Shown one piece after another: positions 27,334 through 36,737 of a stretch of 64,000 bases of DNA. Where the stretch lies: positions 5,392 to 69,391 of the forward strand of contig JBMDXS010000069.1 of NCBI GenBank assembly GCA_048595045.1. The letters are read 5' to 3'. The translations under genes were made by a program, and so were the position numbers. Within the stretch, counting starts at the first letter, position 1. Each line of letters opens with the position of its first letter. Source of the DNA: Acidimicrobiia bacterium (GTDB taxonomy: Bacteria > Actinomycetota > Acidimicrobiia > Spongiisociales > ZC4RG35). Below the pieces are notes generated by a model that was given only the letters and a program-made list of their open reading frames with translations, ran no database searches and was not told the DNA's origin.

Positions 27334-28212
27334 GTGACCACGCTCCAGGACTGGCGGACCGCAGCGCGGGCACACACCCTTCCTGCAGCCGTGGCCCCGG
27401 TGGTGGTGGGGTCGGCCCTCGCCGCCTACGACGACGTGTTCAGGTGGGATGCCTTCCTCCTTGCGCTCGCTGCCGCCCTCGCCATCCAGGTCGCGGCCAA
27501 CTTCGCCAATGACGTCTCGGATGCTCGACGGGGCGCCGATCCGGAGGAGCGAATCGGCCCGCCACGGATGGTGTCTGCCGGGCGCATCACCGCGCGGCAG
27601 ATGTGGGCAGGTGTCGCCCTGGCCCTGATCGTCGCCGCGGTCGCCGGGGTGGCCCTCACCGTCATCGCCGGGCCGGCGATCCTGGTCGTCGGGGTCCTTT
27701 CGATCGTCGCCATGCTCGGCTATGTGGGAGGGCCATTCCCCTACGGCTACCGGGGTCTGGGTGAGGTCTTCGTGTTCATCTTCTTCGGCGTGGTAGCCAC
27801 GGTGGGAAGTCGCTATGTCCACGACATGACGGCTCCGGGCGAGGCGTGGCTTCTCTCCATCCCCGTAGGCCTCCTCGCCGCCGCCATCCTCGTGGTCAAC
27901 AACTACCGGGACCTCGAAACCGACCGGGCGGCCGGGAAGCGGACCCTCGCCGTGATCCTGGGGCGGGATCGCACCAGGGCCTTGTTCATCGCACTCGTCT
28001 ACGGGGCCATGGCCCTGATCGCAGCGTTTGCCGCCACGGGCCTCACCCCTCTGCCCACGATCTTCGCTGCCCTGCTCGCTCCCTACGCCATGGGCCCGGT
28101 TCGCATCATGTATCGGAAGAGCGACGGGCCATCGTTGATCCGGGCACTCAAGATGACCGCCCGCCTCCATCTCTGGACCGGCCTCACGCTCGCCGCCGGG
28201 CTCCTCATCTGA
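27334..28212 (+). CDS. menA: 1,4-dihydroxy-2-naphthoate polyprenyltransferase (UbiA family)
   Basis: Multiple TM helices and a UbiA Asp-rich motif NDVSDARRGAD. The GTG at 27334 lies just after the menB stop. Confidence 0.8.
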   Translation: MTTLQDWRTAARAHTLPAAVAPVVVGSALAAYDDVFRWDAFLLALAAALAIQVAANFANDVSDARRGADPEERIGPPRMVSAGRITARQMWAGVALALIVAAVAGVALTVIAGPAILVVGVLSIVAMLGYVGGPFPYGYRGLGEVFVFIFFGVVATVGSRYVHDMTAPGEAWLLSIPVGLLAAAILVVNNYRDLETDRAAGKRTLAVILGRDRTRALFIALVYGAMALIAAFAATGLTPLPTIFAALLAPYAMGPVRIMYRKSDGPSLIRALKMTARLHLWTGLTLAAGLLI

Positions 28213-28249
28213 CGGAACCGACCTGGCCCCGCGTAGCGTCGAACCAGAC

Positions 28250-28690
28250 ATGAGAAAGACTCTGCTCGCCGTGACCTTCCTGGCCATCCTGATCGCAGCC
28301 TGTGCCGACCCGGGCGAGGAGGCCGCCACCGACCCGACGTCCGAGGCATGGCTTCTGCAAGCGGGCACGCTCGATGGCGCGGACATCCCCATCGTGGAGG
28401 GTTTTCCCATCACACTGATCTTCGACCAGCCCGAGGGCACCGCCGGGGGGAAGTCGGCCTGCAATCAGTGGTTCGGCGGCTACACCCTCTCAGGGAACGA
28501 GCTCACCTTCTCCGATCTTGGGGGGACGATGATGGCTTGTACCGACGAGGGCGTGATGGACTCGGAGACGGCGTTCCTCACCTCCCTGGGTCTGGTGGAG
28601 ATCTTCACCATCGAGAACGAGGAGCTGAACCTGACCGGGGAGGGGGTCGACCTCGTTTTCGTAGTCGACGAGTCGGCGGCCACCTCCTGA
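28250..28690 (+). CDS. Lipoprotein with a META (HslJ-like, DUF306) domain
   Basis: A signal peptide and lipobox LIAAC. The META-like core has paired Cys (ACNQW...MACTDE). Confidence 0.65.
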   Translation: MRKTLLAVTFLAILIAACADPGEEAATDPTSEAWLLQAGTLDGADIPIVEGFPITLIFDQPEGTAGGKSACNQWFGGYTLSGNELTFSDLGGTMMACTDEGVMDSETAFLTSLGLVEIFTIENEELNLTGEGVDLVFVVDESAATS

Positions 28691-28697
28691 TCCGACC

Positions 28698-29486
28698 ATG
28701 GTGCCCGGCCGGCTGACAGGAGCGCTCGCCTGTCTCACGATTCTGATCGCCGCCTGTTCCGACCCGGCTCAACCGGGTGGGGATGCCCAGACAGGTGAGG
28801 ACCCGGTTGACACTCCATGGGAGCTGAAATCGGGAACCGTCGACGGGGAGGACCTGATCCCCGTCGACGATCACCCCATCACCTTGACCATCACCGGCGA
28901 CACGGCGAGCGGCACTGCGGCATGCAATGGATACTTCGGGACAGTGTCGATATCGGGAACCGAGATCTCCTTCTCCGGCCTGGGGGCCACCGAGATGGCG
29001 TGCAGCCCCGAGCAGGTCATGGTGGCGGAACAGCGCTATCTGGACGCCCTGCCTCGGGTGCGGGCCTTCTCCAGCACAGAGGGCCTCCTGACCCTCACCG
29101 GCGAGGGCGTCGAGCTCGTCTTCGACGCGATCCCCCCGGTGCCCACATCGGAGCTCACCGGGACGGTGTGGGTGTTGGAGAGCCTGATCGACGCAGATTC
29201 GGTGTCCAGTGTGCACGGCGATCGTGCCACCCTCGAGCTGTACACCGACGGGTCGATGCTGGGGTCGACCGGATGCCGCGACCTCCATGGCAGATTCGTC
29301 GTGAGCGGTGCGGAGGTGACCATGCCCGAGATGGCCGCAGAGGGCGATTGCCCGGCCGATCTATTCGAGCAGGACAGCCAGGTCGTGTCGGTACTGGGTG
29401 ACGGCTTCCGGGCGAGGGTCGAAGGGAATCTCCTCACTGTCACCTCCGCCGGAGGGCTGGGTCTGGTGTACAGGGCCGACAGCTGA
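28698..29486 (+). CDS. Lipoprotein with two tandem META domains (paralog of the preceding gene)
   Basis: Lipobox LIAAC. There are two repeats of the CNGYFG...MAC pattern (a third Cys pair is present in repeat 2). Confidence 0.65.
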   Translation: MVPGRLTGALACLTILIAACSDPAQPGGDAQTGEDPVDTPWELKSGTVDGEDLIPVDDHPITLTITGDTASGTAACNGYFGTVSISGTEISFSGLGATEMACSPEQVMVAEQRYLDALPRVRAFSSTEGLLTLTGEGVELVFDAIPPVPTSELTGTVWVLESLIDADSVSSVHGDRATLELYTDGSMLGSTGCRDLHGRFVVSGAEVTMPEMAAEGDCPADLFEQDSQVVSVLGDGFRARVEGNLLTVTSAGGLGLVYRADS

Positions 29487-29545
29487 CCTTCCGTCGTTCT
29501 AAAAGCCATGGCTATGGTTGAAAGAACGGAGCGAAAGGAGCTCTG

Positions 29546-31087
29546 ATGGCCGAGAGCAAGGTGACCGGCCCCGACCTGATCGATGAGGGCGTCCCCGCCG
29601 ATGATCTGGTCCTCGACGTCCCCGTCAAAGGCCAGGTCGACGGCAAGCAGGTGATCGTCGTCCGCACCGCCGAAGGCCTGCGCGCCGTGGCGGGCAGCTG
29701 CACTCACTACGGGGGCCCACTCGGTGATGGTCTCTGTGTCGACGGCCAGGTCCGCTGCCCGTGGCATCACGCCCGGTTCGATCTCACCACCGGCGAGGCG
29801 GTGGGGGCACCGGCCCTCGACTCGATCAGGGTGTACCACCCCGAGGAGCGGGACGGACAGATCTACGTGACAGGCCCCGTCGAGGCCCCGACCGCGGAGC
29901 GAACGCCACCGATCTCTCCCGATTCGGTTGTGATCGTCGGTTCGGGCGCTGCAGGTGCCGCCGCCGCCGAGATGCTGCGCCGTGAGGGATACGTGGGCCC
30001 GGTCACGATGATCGGCGTCGAGCCACCGATCGATCGCCCCAACGTCTCGAAGGACTACCTGGCCGGCACCGCTCCAGAGGATTGGATGCCCCTGCGCAGC
30101 CCCGGCTTCTACGAGGAGCATGAAATCACACTCATCTCCGGGACCCAGGTGACCGGCATCGACACCGCGGGGCGGACCGTGAGCAGGGACGACGGCCGGG
30201 AGATCGGGTACGGGGCACTGCTGATCGCCACCGGCGCCGAGCCGCGGCGTCTTCCCGTGACGGGGTCAGATCAGCCCCACGTCCATTACGTGCGAACGCT
30301 CGAGGACAGTCGAGCCGTCATCGCCGCCTTGGAGGCCACCTCGAAGGCCGTTGTGATCGGGGCAGGATTCATCGGGCTCGAGGTCGCAGCCTCTCTTCGC
30401 CAGCGGGACATCGACGTCACCGTCGTGGCGCCAGAGGACATCCCCCTGGCCCCAATCGTTGGAGAGCAGATGGGGCGATTCGTGCAGGACCTGCACGAGG
30501 AGCACGGGGTTGAGTTCCGCTTGGGTAGAAGCGTGTCGGCGATCGAAGCCGACGCAGTGCAGCTCGACGACGGGGACCGGATTTCAGCCGAGCTGGTCGT
30601 CGTCGGCGTCGGGGTGAAACCGAGGACTGCGCTGGCCGAAGATGCGGGCCTCGATGTCGACGACGGCATCATGGTCGACGACCGCATGCGCTCCAGCGAT
30701 CCCCATGTCTGGGCCGCGGGTGATGTCGCGTCTTATCCGGACCAGAACGCGGGACGGGTGCGTATCGAGCACTGGGTGCTGGCCGAACGTCAGGGGCAGG
30801 CGGCGGCCCGGAACATGCTCGGGCATGATCTGCCCTTCACCGACCCGCCCTTCTTCTGGAGTCAGCACTACGACGTGCCCATCAACGTCGTAGGCCATGT
30901 CAAGAAGTGGGATGACGAGGTGATCATCGGGAACCCTTCGGAGCGTGACGTGATGGTCGGTTATCGCAAGGACGGAGTCATCCAGGCGGTCGCCACGATC
31001 TATCGCGACATCGAGTCGCTCCGCGCCGAGCAGGCCCTGGCCCAACAGGATCCGCAGGCTCTCGACAGTGTTCTCGGCGAGAGCTGA
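29546..31087 (+). CDS. Rieske [2Fe-2S] domain fused to an FAD/NAD(P)-dependent pyridine-nucleotide-disulfide oxidoreductase (ferredoxin-reductase-like)
   Basis: CTHYGGPLGD...CPWHHARF are the Rieske ligands. A dinucleotide fold VVIVGSGAAGAAAAE and a second fold AVVIGAGFIGLEVA follow. Confidence 0.8.
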   Translation: MAESKVTGPDLIDEGVPADDLVLDVPVKGQVDGKQVIVVRTAEGLRAVAGSCTHYGGPLGDGLCVDGQVRCPWHHARFDLTTGEAVGAPALDSIRVYHPEERDGQIYVTGPVEAPTAERTPPISPDSVVIVGSGAAGAAAAEMLRREGYVGPVTMIGVEPPIDRPNVSKDYLAGTAPEDWMPLRSPGFYEEHEITLISGTQVTGIDTAGRTVSRDDGREIGYGALLIATGAEPRRLPVTGSDQPHVHYVRTLEDSRAVIAALEATSKAVVIGAGFIGLEVAASLRQRDIDVTVVAPEDIPLAPIVGEQMGRFVQDLHEEHGVEFRLGRSVSAIEADAVQLDDGDRISAELVVVGVGVKPRTALAEDAGLDVDDGIMVDDRMRSSDPHVWAAGDVASYPDQNAGRVRIEHWVLAERQGQAAARNMLGHDLPFTDPPFFWSQHYDVPINVVGHVKKWDDEVIIGNPSERDVMVGYRKDGVIQAVATIYRDIESLRAEQALAQQDPQALDSVLGES

Positions 31088-31136
31088 AGGAGTCATTACC
31101 GGGTCTCAGACGTCGACCGGGCGAAGTGATAGCAGA

Positions 31137-32864
31137 ATGACGGTCATCGAGCAGGTTCCCATGCGCATTGAGAGAGACGTCGCCATCCCTATGGACGACG
31201 GCGTCGTCCTGCGAGCCGACCTCTTTCTCCCCGTTGCAGAGGGCGAGTACCCGACACTCCTCAGCTACGGCCCATACGGGAAGGGGCTGGCCTTCCAGGA
31301 GGGCTACCAGAGCCAGTGGGACTACATGATCGAGCACTACCCGGAGGTGGGAGAAGGGTCGAGCAACCTGCATCAGAACTGGGAGGTGGTCGACCCTGAG
31401 AAATGGGTGCCAGACGGATACGTCTGCGTCCGGGTGGACTCGAGAGGCACCGGGCGTTCTCCTGGGTACATGGACGTCTGGTCGGCCCGGGAAGCGATCG
31501 ATCTGTTCGACTGCATCGAATGGGCAGGGACCAGGCCGTGGAGCAATGGGCGCGTTGGCCTGGCCGGGATCTCCTATTACGCGATGAATCAATACCAGGT
31601 CGCGGCCCTCCAACCTCCACACCTGGCGGCGATGTGCCCCTGGGAAGGAGCCGCCGACTGGTACCGGGACTTCGCTCGCCACGGCGGGATCCTTTGTCAG
31701 TTCGCCGAGGACTGGTATCCGCGCCAGGTCGAGAAGGTCCAGCACGGTGTCGGCGAGCGTGGATCCCGTAGCGCGGTCACCGGCGAGACGGTGTCGGGAC
31801 CAGAGACCGAGGAGCCCGACGTGCTGGCGACGAGACGAGCGGACCTGGGCCATGATGTGAGGAGCCGCCCCCTCATCGACGATTGGTACCTGGAACGCAA
31901 CCCGGACTGGTCGCGGGTGACAACTCCGATGCTTTCGGCAGGGAACTGGGGCGGCCACGGCCTCCATCTCCGCGGCAACGTCGAGGCCTTCAGCCAGTCC
32001 GCTGCCACCGACAAATGGCTGGAGATCCATGGTGACGCCCATTGGGTGGACTTCTACACCGACCGCGGCGTCGCCCTGCAGAAGCGATTCTTCGGCCACT
32101 TCCTCAAAGGTGAGGAGAATGGCTGGGACCAGGTGCCACCGGTCCTGCTGCGTGTCCGTCATGCCGACGGCACGTTCACCGATCGCAGGGAGAACGAGTG
32201 GCCTCTCGCCAGGACCAACTGGGCTTCTTATCACCTCACTGCCGATCGTGGGCTCGAGCCATCGGCCGCAACCGAGGCGGGCGCTATCGACTACGAGGCC
32301 GACGGCGAGGGCTTGACCTTCTTCACGTCGCCATTCGCCGAGCAGATCGAGGTGACCGGGCCCCTGGCTGCCCGGCTCTACGTCTCATCGGAGACGGTGG
32401 ACGCCGACCTGTTCCTGATCGTCCGGCTCTTCGATGAGAACGATGATGAGGTGACCTTCATGGGCGCGCTGGACCCCAACACGCCGCTCGCCCATGGATG
32501 GCTGCGCGCCTCCCATCGTGCCCTCGACCCCGGGATGACGCTGCCCCACCGCCCATTCCACACCCACGATCGGGAGGACCCGCTCTCCCCCGGGCAGATC
32601 TATCCGCTCGACGTGGAGATCTGGCCTACCTGCATCGTCATCCCGGCCGGTTACCGGCTCGGGCTCAGCGTCCGGGGCAACGACTATCGCTACGAAGGAG
32701 AGCTGTCTGACTTCGCCCGCCAGTTTCACTATGCAGGAAGGGGGGTAGGGCCGTTCAAACATGCCGACCCCGTCGACCGGCCCGCAGATGTCTTCTCGGG
32801 TCGGGTGACCATCCATGTCGGGGGTGAGACCGATTCCTTCCTCCTCGTTCCGATCATCCCCTGA
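31137..32864 (+). CDS. CocE/NonD-family alpha/beta hydrolase (S15 X-Pro dipeptidyl-peptidase-like)
   Basis: About 575 aa. A catalytic Ser region GISYYAMNQ sits in an alpha/beta fold, with a C-terminal beta-sandwich region. Starts MTVIEQVPMRIERDV. Confidence 0.75.
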   Translation: MTVIEQVPMRIERDVAIPMDDGVVLRADLFLPVAEGEYPTLLSYGPYGKGLAFQEGYQSQWDYMIEHYPEVGEGSSNLHQNWEVVDPEKWVPDGYVCVRVDSRGTGRSPGYMDVWSAREAIDLFDCIEWAGTRPWSNGRVGLAGISYYAMNQYQVAALQPPHLAAMCPWEGAADWYRDFARHGGILCQFAEDWYPRQVEKVQHGVGERGSRSAVTGETVSGPETEEPDVLATRRADLGHDVRSRPLIDDWYLERNPDWSRVTTPMLSAGNWGGHGLHLRGNVEAFSQSAATDKWLEIHGDAHWVDFYTDRGVALQKRFFGHFLKGEENGWDQVPPVLLRVRHADGTFTDRRENEWPLARTNWASYHLTADRGLEPSAATEAGAIDYEADGEGLTFFTSPFAEQIEVTGPLAARLYVSSETVDADLFLIVRLFDENDDEVTFMGALDPNTPLAHGWLRASHRALDPGMTLPHRPFHTHDREDPLSPGQIYPLDVEIWPTCIVIPAGYRLGLSVRGNDYRYEGELSDFARQFHYAGRGVGPFKHADPVDRPADVFSGRVTIHVGGETDSFLLVPIIP

Positions 32865-32953
32865 CTCGACCCCGATCAGGGGGAAAGAGCGGGCCATGTT
32901 TCCCTTCGACCCGGTGGATGGCTGTGGCGGGTTTCATTAACTTCACCTGACTG

Positions 32954-35590
32954 ATGCCACAGCTCTACGACTTCTCGGCCACCGACGGATCCGATCGCGA
33001 CCTGCTCGGAGGCAAGGGTGCGGGTCTGGCCCGGATGACATCGCTCGGGCTTCCCGTGCCACCAGGGTTCACGATCACCACAGACGTCTGCCGTGTCGCC
33101 ATGACGACGGGCGAGGTCCCGCCCGAGCTCTGGCCGGAGGTAGACGCGGCGGTGGCCCGTCTCGAGCAGGTGACAGGACGAACCTTCGGTGGAGGGCCAA
33201 CACCGCTGCTCCTCTCGGTGCGGTCGGGCGCCAAGTTCTCGATGCCGGGAATGATGGACACCATCCTCAACCTGGGGCTCAACGACGAGATCGTCAAGAC
33301 GCTGATCGAATGGTCGGGGGACGCCCACTTCGCCTGGGACGCCCACCGCCGCTTCGTCCAGATGTACGGCGATGTCGTGCTCGGCGTTGACGAGGCCCTC
33401 TTCCAGGACGTCCTCGCCGAGCTGCGGGAGGGGAGAGGTGTGGAGGACGACTCCGCGCTCACAGTCGAGGATCTCGAGAGTGCCACTACCCGATTCCGCC
33501 ATATCGTCGAGGCGGAACGCCCTGGCGAGCTCCCCGACGACCCTTCCGAGCAACTCCGGGGCGCGATCACCGCCGTCTTCAAATCGTGGAACACCAAGCG
33601 TGCGGCCGACTACCGCCGGATCCACTCGATCCCGGACGACCTGGGGACGGCAGCGAATGTCCAGATGATGGTGTTCGGCGACCTAGGCAACGATTCCGGC
33701 ACCGGCGTCTGTTTCACCCGAGATCCCAGCACCGGTGAGAAGCAGGTGTACGGCGATTATCTGCCCCAAGCTCAGGGTGAGGACGTCGTCGCCGGCATCC
33801 GGAACACTCTGACCCTGGATCAACTCGCCGAGCTGCATCCCGGGTGTCATGGCCGGCTCATCGAGATCATCGACGGGCTCGAGGAGCACTACCGCGACAT
33901 GTGTGACATCGAGTTCACCATTGAGCGGGACGTCCTCTACATCCTCCAGACCAGGGCCGGGAAGCGCACCGCGGCCGCGGCGGTGAAGATGGCAGTCGCC
34001 ATGGTGGACGAGGGTCTGATCGACCGGGAGACAGCGATAGCCCGCGTCGAACCGGCCTCACTCGAGCAGCTCCATCGGCCTCGTCTCGCCGACAGGGTCA
34101 CGGGCTCATCCCCCGTCGCAGTTGGCGTTGCTGCTTCACCGGGCGCCGCCGCCGGCGTGGTTGCGTTCACTGCCGACGACGCCGTGGCCGTGGCCCGCAG
34201 CGGTGCGAACGTGATCCTGGTCCGGCCGGAGACCACCCCCGATGACATCCACGGCATGGCGGCCGCAGAAGGGATCCTCACCAGTCAGGGCGGCAAGACT
34301 TCCCATGCCGCGGTGGTGGCCCGAGGCATGGGCAAGCCTGCCGTCACGGGCGCGGCCAAGCTCCAGGTCGATGTTGGGGCCGGGGTCGCCTCTACCGGGA
34401 CCACCGACATTCGCCGGGGAGACATGATCACCATCGATGGGACGTCGGGGAGGGTGTATCTCGGAGAGGTGGAGCTGGTCGCGCCGGACGTGCCCCCCGA
34501 GCTGGAGCGCCTACTCGATTGGGCCGACGACTTCCGTCGTCTCGGGGTGAGGGCCAACGCCGACCTCCCGGAAGACGCCGCCCTGGCCCGGGCCCGCGGC
34601 GCAGAGGGGATCGGCCTGGCCCGGACCGAGCACCTGTTCATGGGTGAGCGGCTGTCGATAGTGCGCCGAATAATCCTGTCAGCAGACACCGGGGAGCGGA
34701 ACCGGGCCCTGGCCGATCTCGAGACCCAGCAAGTGGGGGACTTCGAGAGTCTGTTGGAGGCGATGGACGGTCTTCCGGTCGTGATACGGCTCCTCGACCC
34801 GCCTCTCCACGAATTCCTCCCCTCCCGTCTCGACCTGGAGCACGACATGCTGCGACGGGTGCGGGCCGGCCGGCCCATCGACGACCTGCAGGCGATGTCC
34901 GAGCATGTGGCGCGTTGGGAGGAGGACAACCCAATGCTCGGGCTACGCGGCGTCCGCCTTGGCCTGATGCTCACCGACCTCTACCGGATGCAGGCCCGTG
35001 CCGCCACCACGGCCCTCACCCGTCGCCTTCAGGCGGGGGCGAGTCCGCACCTCGAGATCATGATCCCATTGGTGGCTGCGGCCGAGGAGCTGATCCGGAT
35101 GCGTGAGATGATCGAGGAGGAGATCGCCGAGGCCTCAAGCAAGTCCGGGGTCGAACTGGAGATCCCGATCGGGACGATGATCGAGCTGCCTCGCGCCGCG
35201 CTCACCGCAGGTGACATCGCCCAGGTCGCCGACTTCTTCTCATTCGGGACGAACGACCTCACTCAGATGACCTATGGATTGAGCCGTGACGATGCCGAAG
35301 GACTGTTCCTTCGGGATTATCTCGAGCAGGGGATCCTCAGCTCGGATCCGTTCCAGACCCTCGACCGCTCCGGGGTGGGCCGTCTGGTCTCAGTGGCCAC
35401 GAGGGAGGGACGGGAGGCGAATCAGGACCTGGTGGTCGGCCTTTGTGGCGAGCACGGAGGGGACCCTGATTCGATCTTCTTCGTCGATGATCTCGGGCTC
35501 GACTATGTGTCCTGCAGCCCTCCCCGGGTCGAAGGAGCAAGGCTGGCGGCGGCACAGGCAGCGCTGGACTCGGTCCGCGGGGACGTCTGA
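32954..35590 (+). CDS. ppdK: Pyruvate, phosphate dikinase
   Basis: 878 aa. The N-terminal ATP-grasp begins MPQLYDFSATDGSDRDLLGGKGAGLARM. The central phospho-His domain has GGKTSHAAVVARGMG. The C-terminal PEP-utilising domain has FFSFGTNDLTQM. Confidence 0.9.
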   Translation: MPQLYDFSATDGSDRDLLGGKGAGLARMTSLGLPVPPGFTITTDVCRVAMTTGEVPPELWPEVDAAVARLEQVTGRTFGGGPTPLLLSVRSGAKFSMPGMMDTILNLGLNDEIVKTLIEWSGDAHFAWDAHRRFVQMYGDVVLGVDEALFQDVLAELREGRGVEDDSALTVEDLESATTRFRHIVEAERPGELPDDPSEQLRGAITAVFKSWNTKRAADYRRIHSIPDDLGTAANVQMMVFGDLGNDSGTGVCFTRDPSTGEKQVYGDYLPQAQGEDVVAGIRNTLTLDQLAELHPGCHGRLIEIIDGLEEHYRDMCDIEFTIERDVLYILQTRAGKRTAAAAVKMAVAMVDEGLIDRETAIARVEPASLEQLHRPRLADRVTGSSPVAVGVAASPGAAAGVVAFTADDAVAVARSGANVILVRPETTPDDIHGMAAAEGILTSQGGKTSHAAVVARGMGKPAVTGAAKLQVDVGAGVASTGTTDIRRGDMITIDGTSGRVYLGEVELVAPDVPPELERLLDWADDFRRLGVRANADLPEDAALARARGAEGIGLARTEHLFMGERLSIVRRIILSADTGERNRALADLETQQVGDFESLLEAMDGLPVVIRLLDPPLHEFLPSRLDLEHDMLRRVRAGRPIDDLQAMSEHVARWEEDNPMLGLRGVRLGLMLTDLYRMQARAATTALTRRLQAGASPHLEIMIPLVAAAEELIRMREMIEEEIAEASSKSGVELEIPIGTMIELPRAALTAGDIAQVADFFSFGTNDLTQMTYGLSRDDAEGLFLRDYLEQGILSSDPFQTLDRSGVGRLVSVATREGREANQDLVVGLCGEHGGDPDSIFFVDDLGLDYVSCSPPRVEGARLAAAQAALDSVRGDV

Positions 35591-35597
35591 GGCGGGC

Positions 35598-36308
35598 TCA
35601 GCGCACCACTTCGACGAGGGCCGGCACACCTTCACCGGTGGTGGCGGTGGTCACCAGGACCGGGCTGCCCGAGCCGCCGACACGCTCCAGCAAGGCACGC
35701 TCCAGTATGTCGACCCCGGGGCGGTCCCCCTTGTTGATCACGAAGACATCGGCGATCTCGACGACGCCCGCCTTGTCCGCCTGGATCTGATCCCCCCATC
35801 CGGGAGCGAGCACCAGCACCACCGAGTCGACGTGGTCCATCACCTCCAGCTCCGACTGGCCCACTCCGACCGTCTCCACCAGCACGACGTCGAAACCGGC
35901 CCGGGCCAAGACGGCGATCGTCGGTGCCGCCGCCACCGATAAGCCGCCGACGTGGCCCCGCGACGCCATCGACCGAACATATACCCCGGGGTCGTCGACA
36001 TGGCCCTGCATCCGGATCCGATCTCCGAGCAACGCCCCGCCGGTGATCGGGCTGGACGGGTCGACGGCGAGGACAGCGACGCTGTCCCCTGCTGAGCGGA
36101 GCTCGGTGACCATGGCGTCGACCAGGGTGGACTTTCCCGCGCCCGGTGGCCCGGTTATCCCGATCCGACGTGCCGGGGGCGCCGAGTCGATCATGGATGC
36201 GACTACCGGATCGACACCCGGATCACCGGTTTCGATGAGGGTGACGAGTCGGGCCAGCGCACGTCTATCGCCACTTCGCACCCGTCCGGCGACATCCGAT
36301 CCATTCAT
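35598..36308 (-). CDS. MeaB/ArgK-like G3E-family GTPase, C-terminally truncated relative to canonical MeaB
   Basis: GITGPPGAGKSTLVDAM (P-loop) and VLVETVGVGQSE (switch region). The ORF ends about 70-90 aa earlier than typical MeaB because of a convergent stop next to ppdK. Confidence 0.7.
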   Translation of the reverse strand: MNGSDVAGRVRSGDRRALARLVTLIETGDPGVDPVVASMIDSAPPARRIGITGPPGAGKSTLVDAMVTELRSAGDSVAVLAVDPSSPITGGALLGDRIRMQGHVDDPGVYVRSMASRGHVGGLSVAAAPTIAVLARAGFDVVLVETVGVGQSELEVMDHVDSVVLVLAPGWGDQIQADKAGVVEIADVFVINKGDRPGVDILERALLERVGGSGSPVLVTTATTGEGVPALVEVVR

Positions 36309-36341
36309 CGTGGCGTCAGGTTAAGAGACGCTCCGATGGGC

Positions 36342-36680
36342 TCAGAGGGCAGGGAGAGTTATGGCGTTGGGGTTGTCGACATCGTCCAGACCCGGGGCAT
36401 CGGCGCTGGCGCGCACTTCGGTCACGCCCGGGACGCGGTCCATGAGGATGCGCTCGATGCCCGCCTTGAGTGTCATCATCGACAGGGGGCAGCCTCCACA
36501 CGCACCAACCATCTGGATATCCACCCGGCCGCCCTCGGTTCCGAGCAGGATCAAGTCGCCGCCGTCGGCCTGGACCGCCGGGCGTATGTACTCGAGTGTC
36601 TCGCGCAGTTTCTCGATGTCGACAGGGCCTTCCTCGACCCTGGCGCTGCTCGCAATGGTGACCGGTGTTGTTTCTGGCAT
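36342..36680 (-). CDS. NifU-like (Nfu-type) Fe-S cluster assembly/carrier domain protein
   Basis: 112 aa with the Nfu C-terminal domain signature GGDLILLGTEGGRVDIQMVGACGGCPLSMMTLKAGIE (CxxC). Confidence 0.75.
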   Translation of the reverse strand: MPETTPVTIASSARVEEGPVDIEKLRETLEYIRPAVQADGGDLILLGTEGGRVDIQMVGACGGCPLSMMTLKAGIERILMDRVPGVTEVRASADAPGLDDVDNPNAITLPAL

Positions 36681-36737
36681 CGTCTTGAAGAACCCTCACC
36701 TGGTTGGGGTTGTTCCGGATTCTACCGACGCCAGGGC

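Noticed and set aside
27178-28464. 428-aa minus-strand ORF antisense to menA.
   Set aside because: Highly Arg/Gly/Asp/His-rich with no TM helices, whereas the plus strand encodes a clean UbiA-family polytopic protein.
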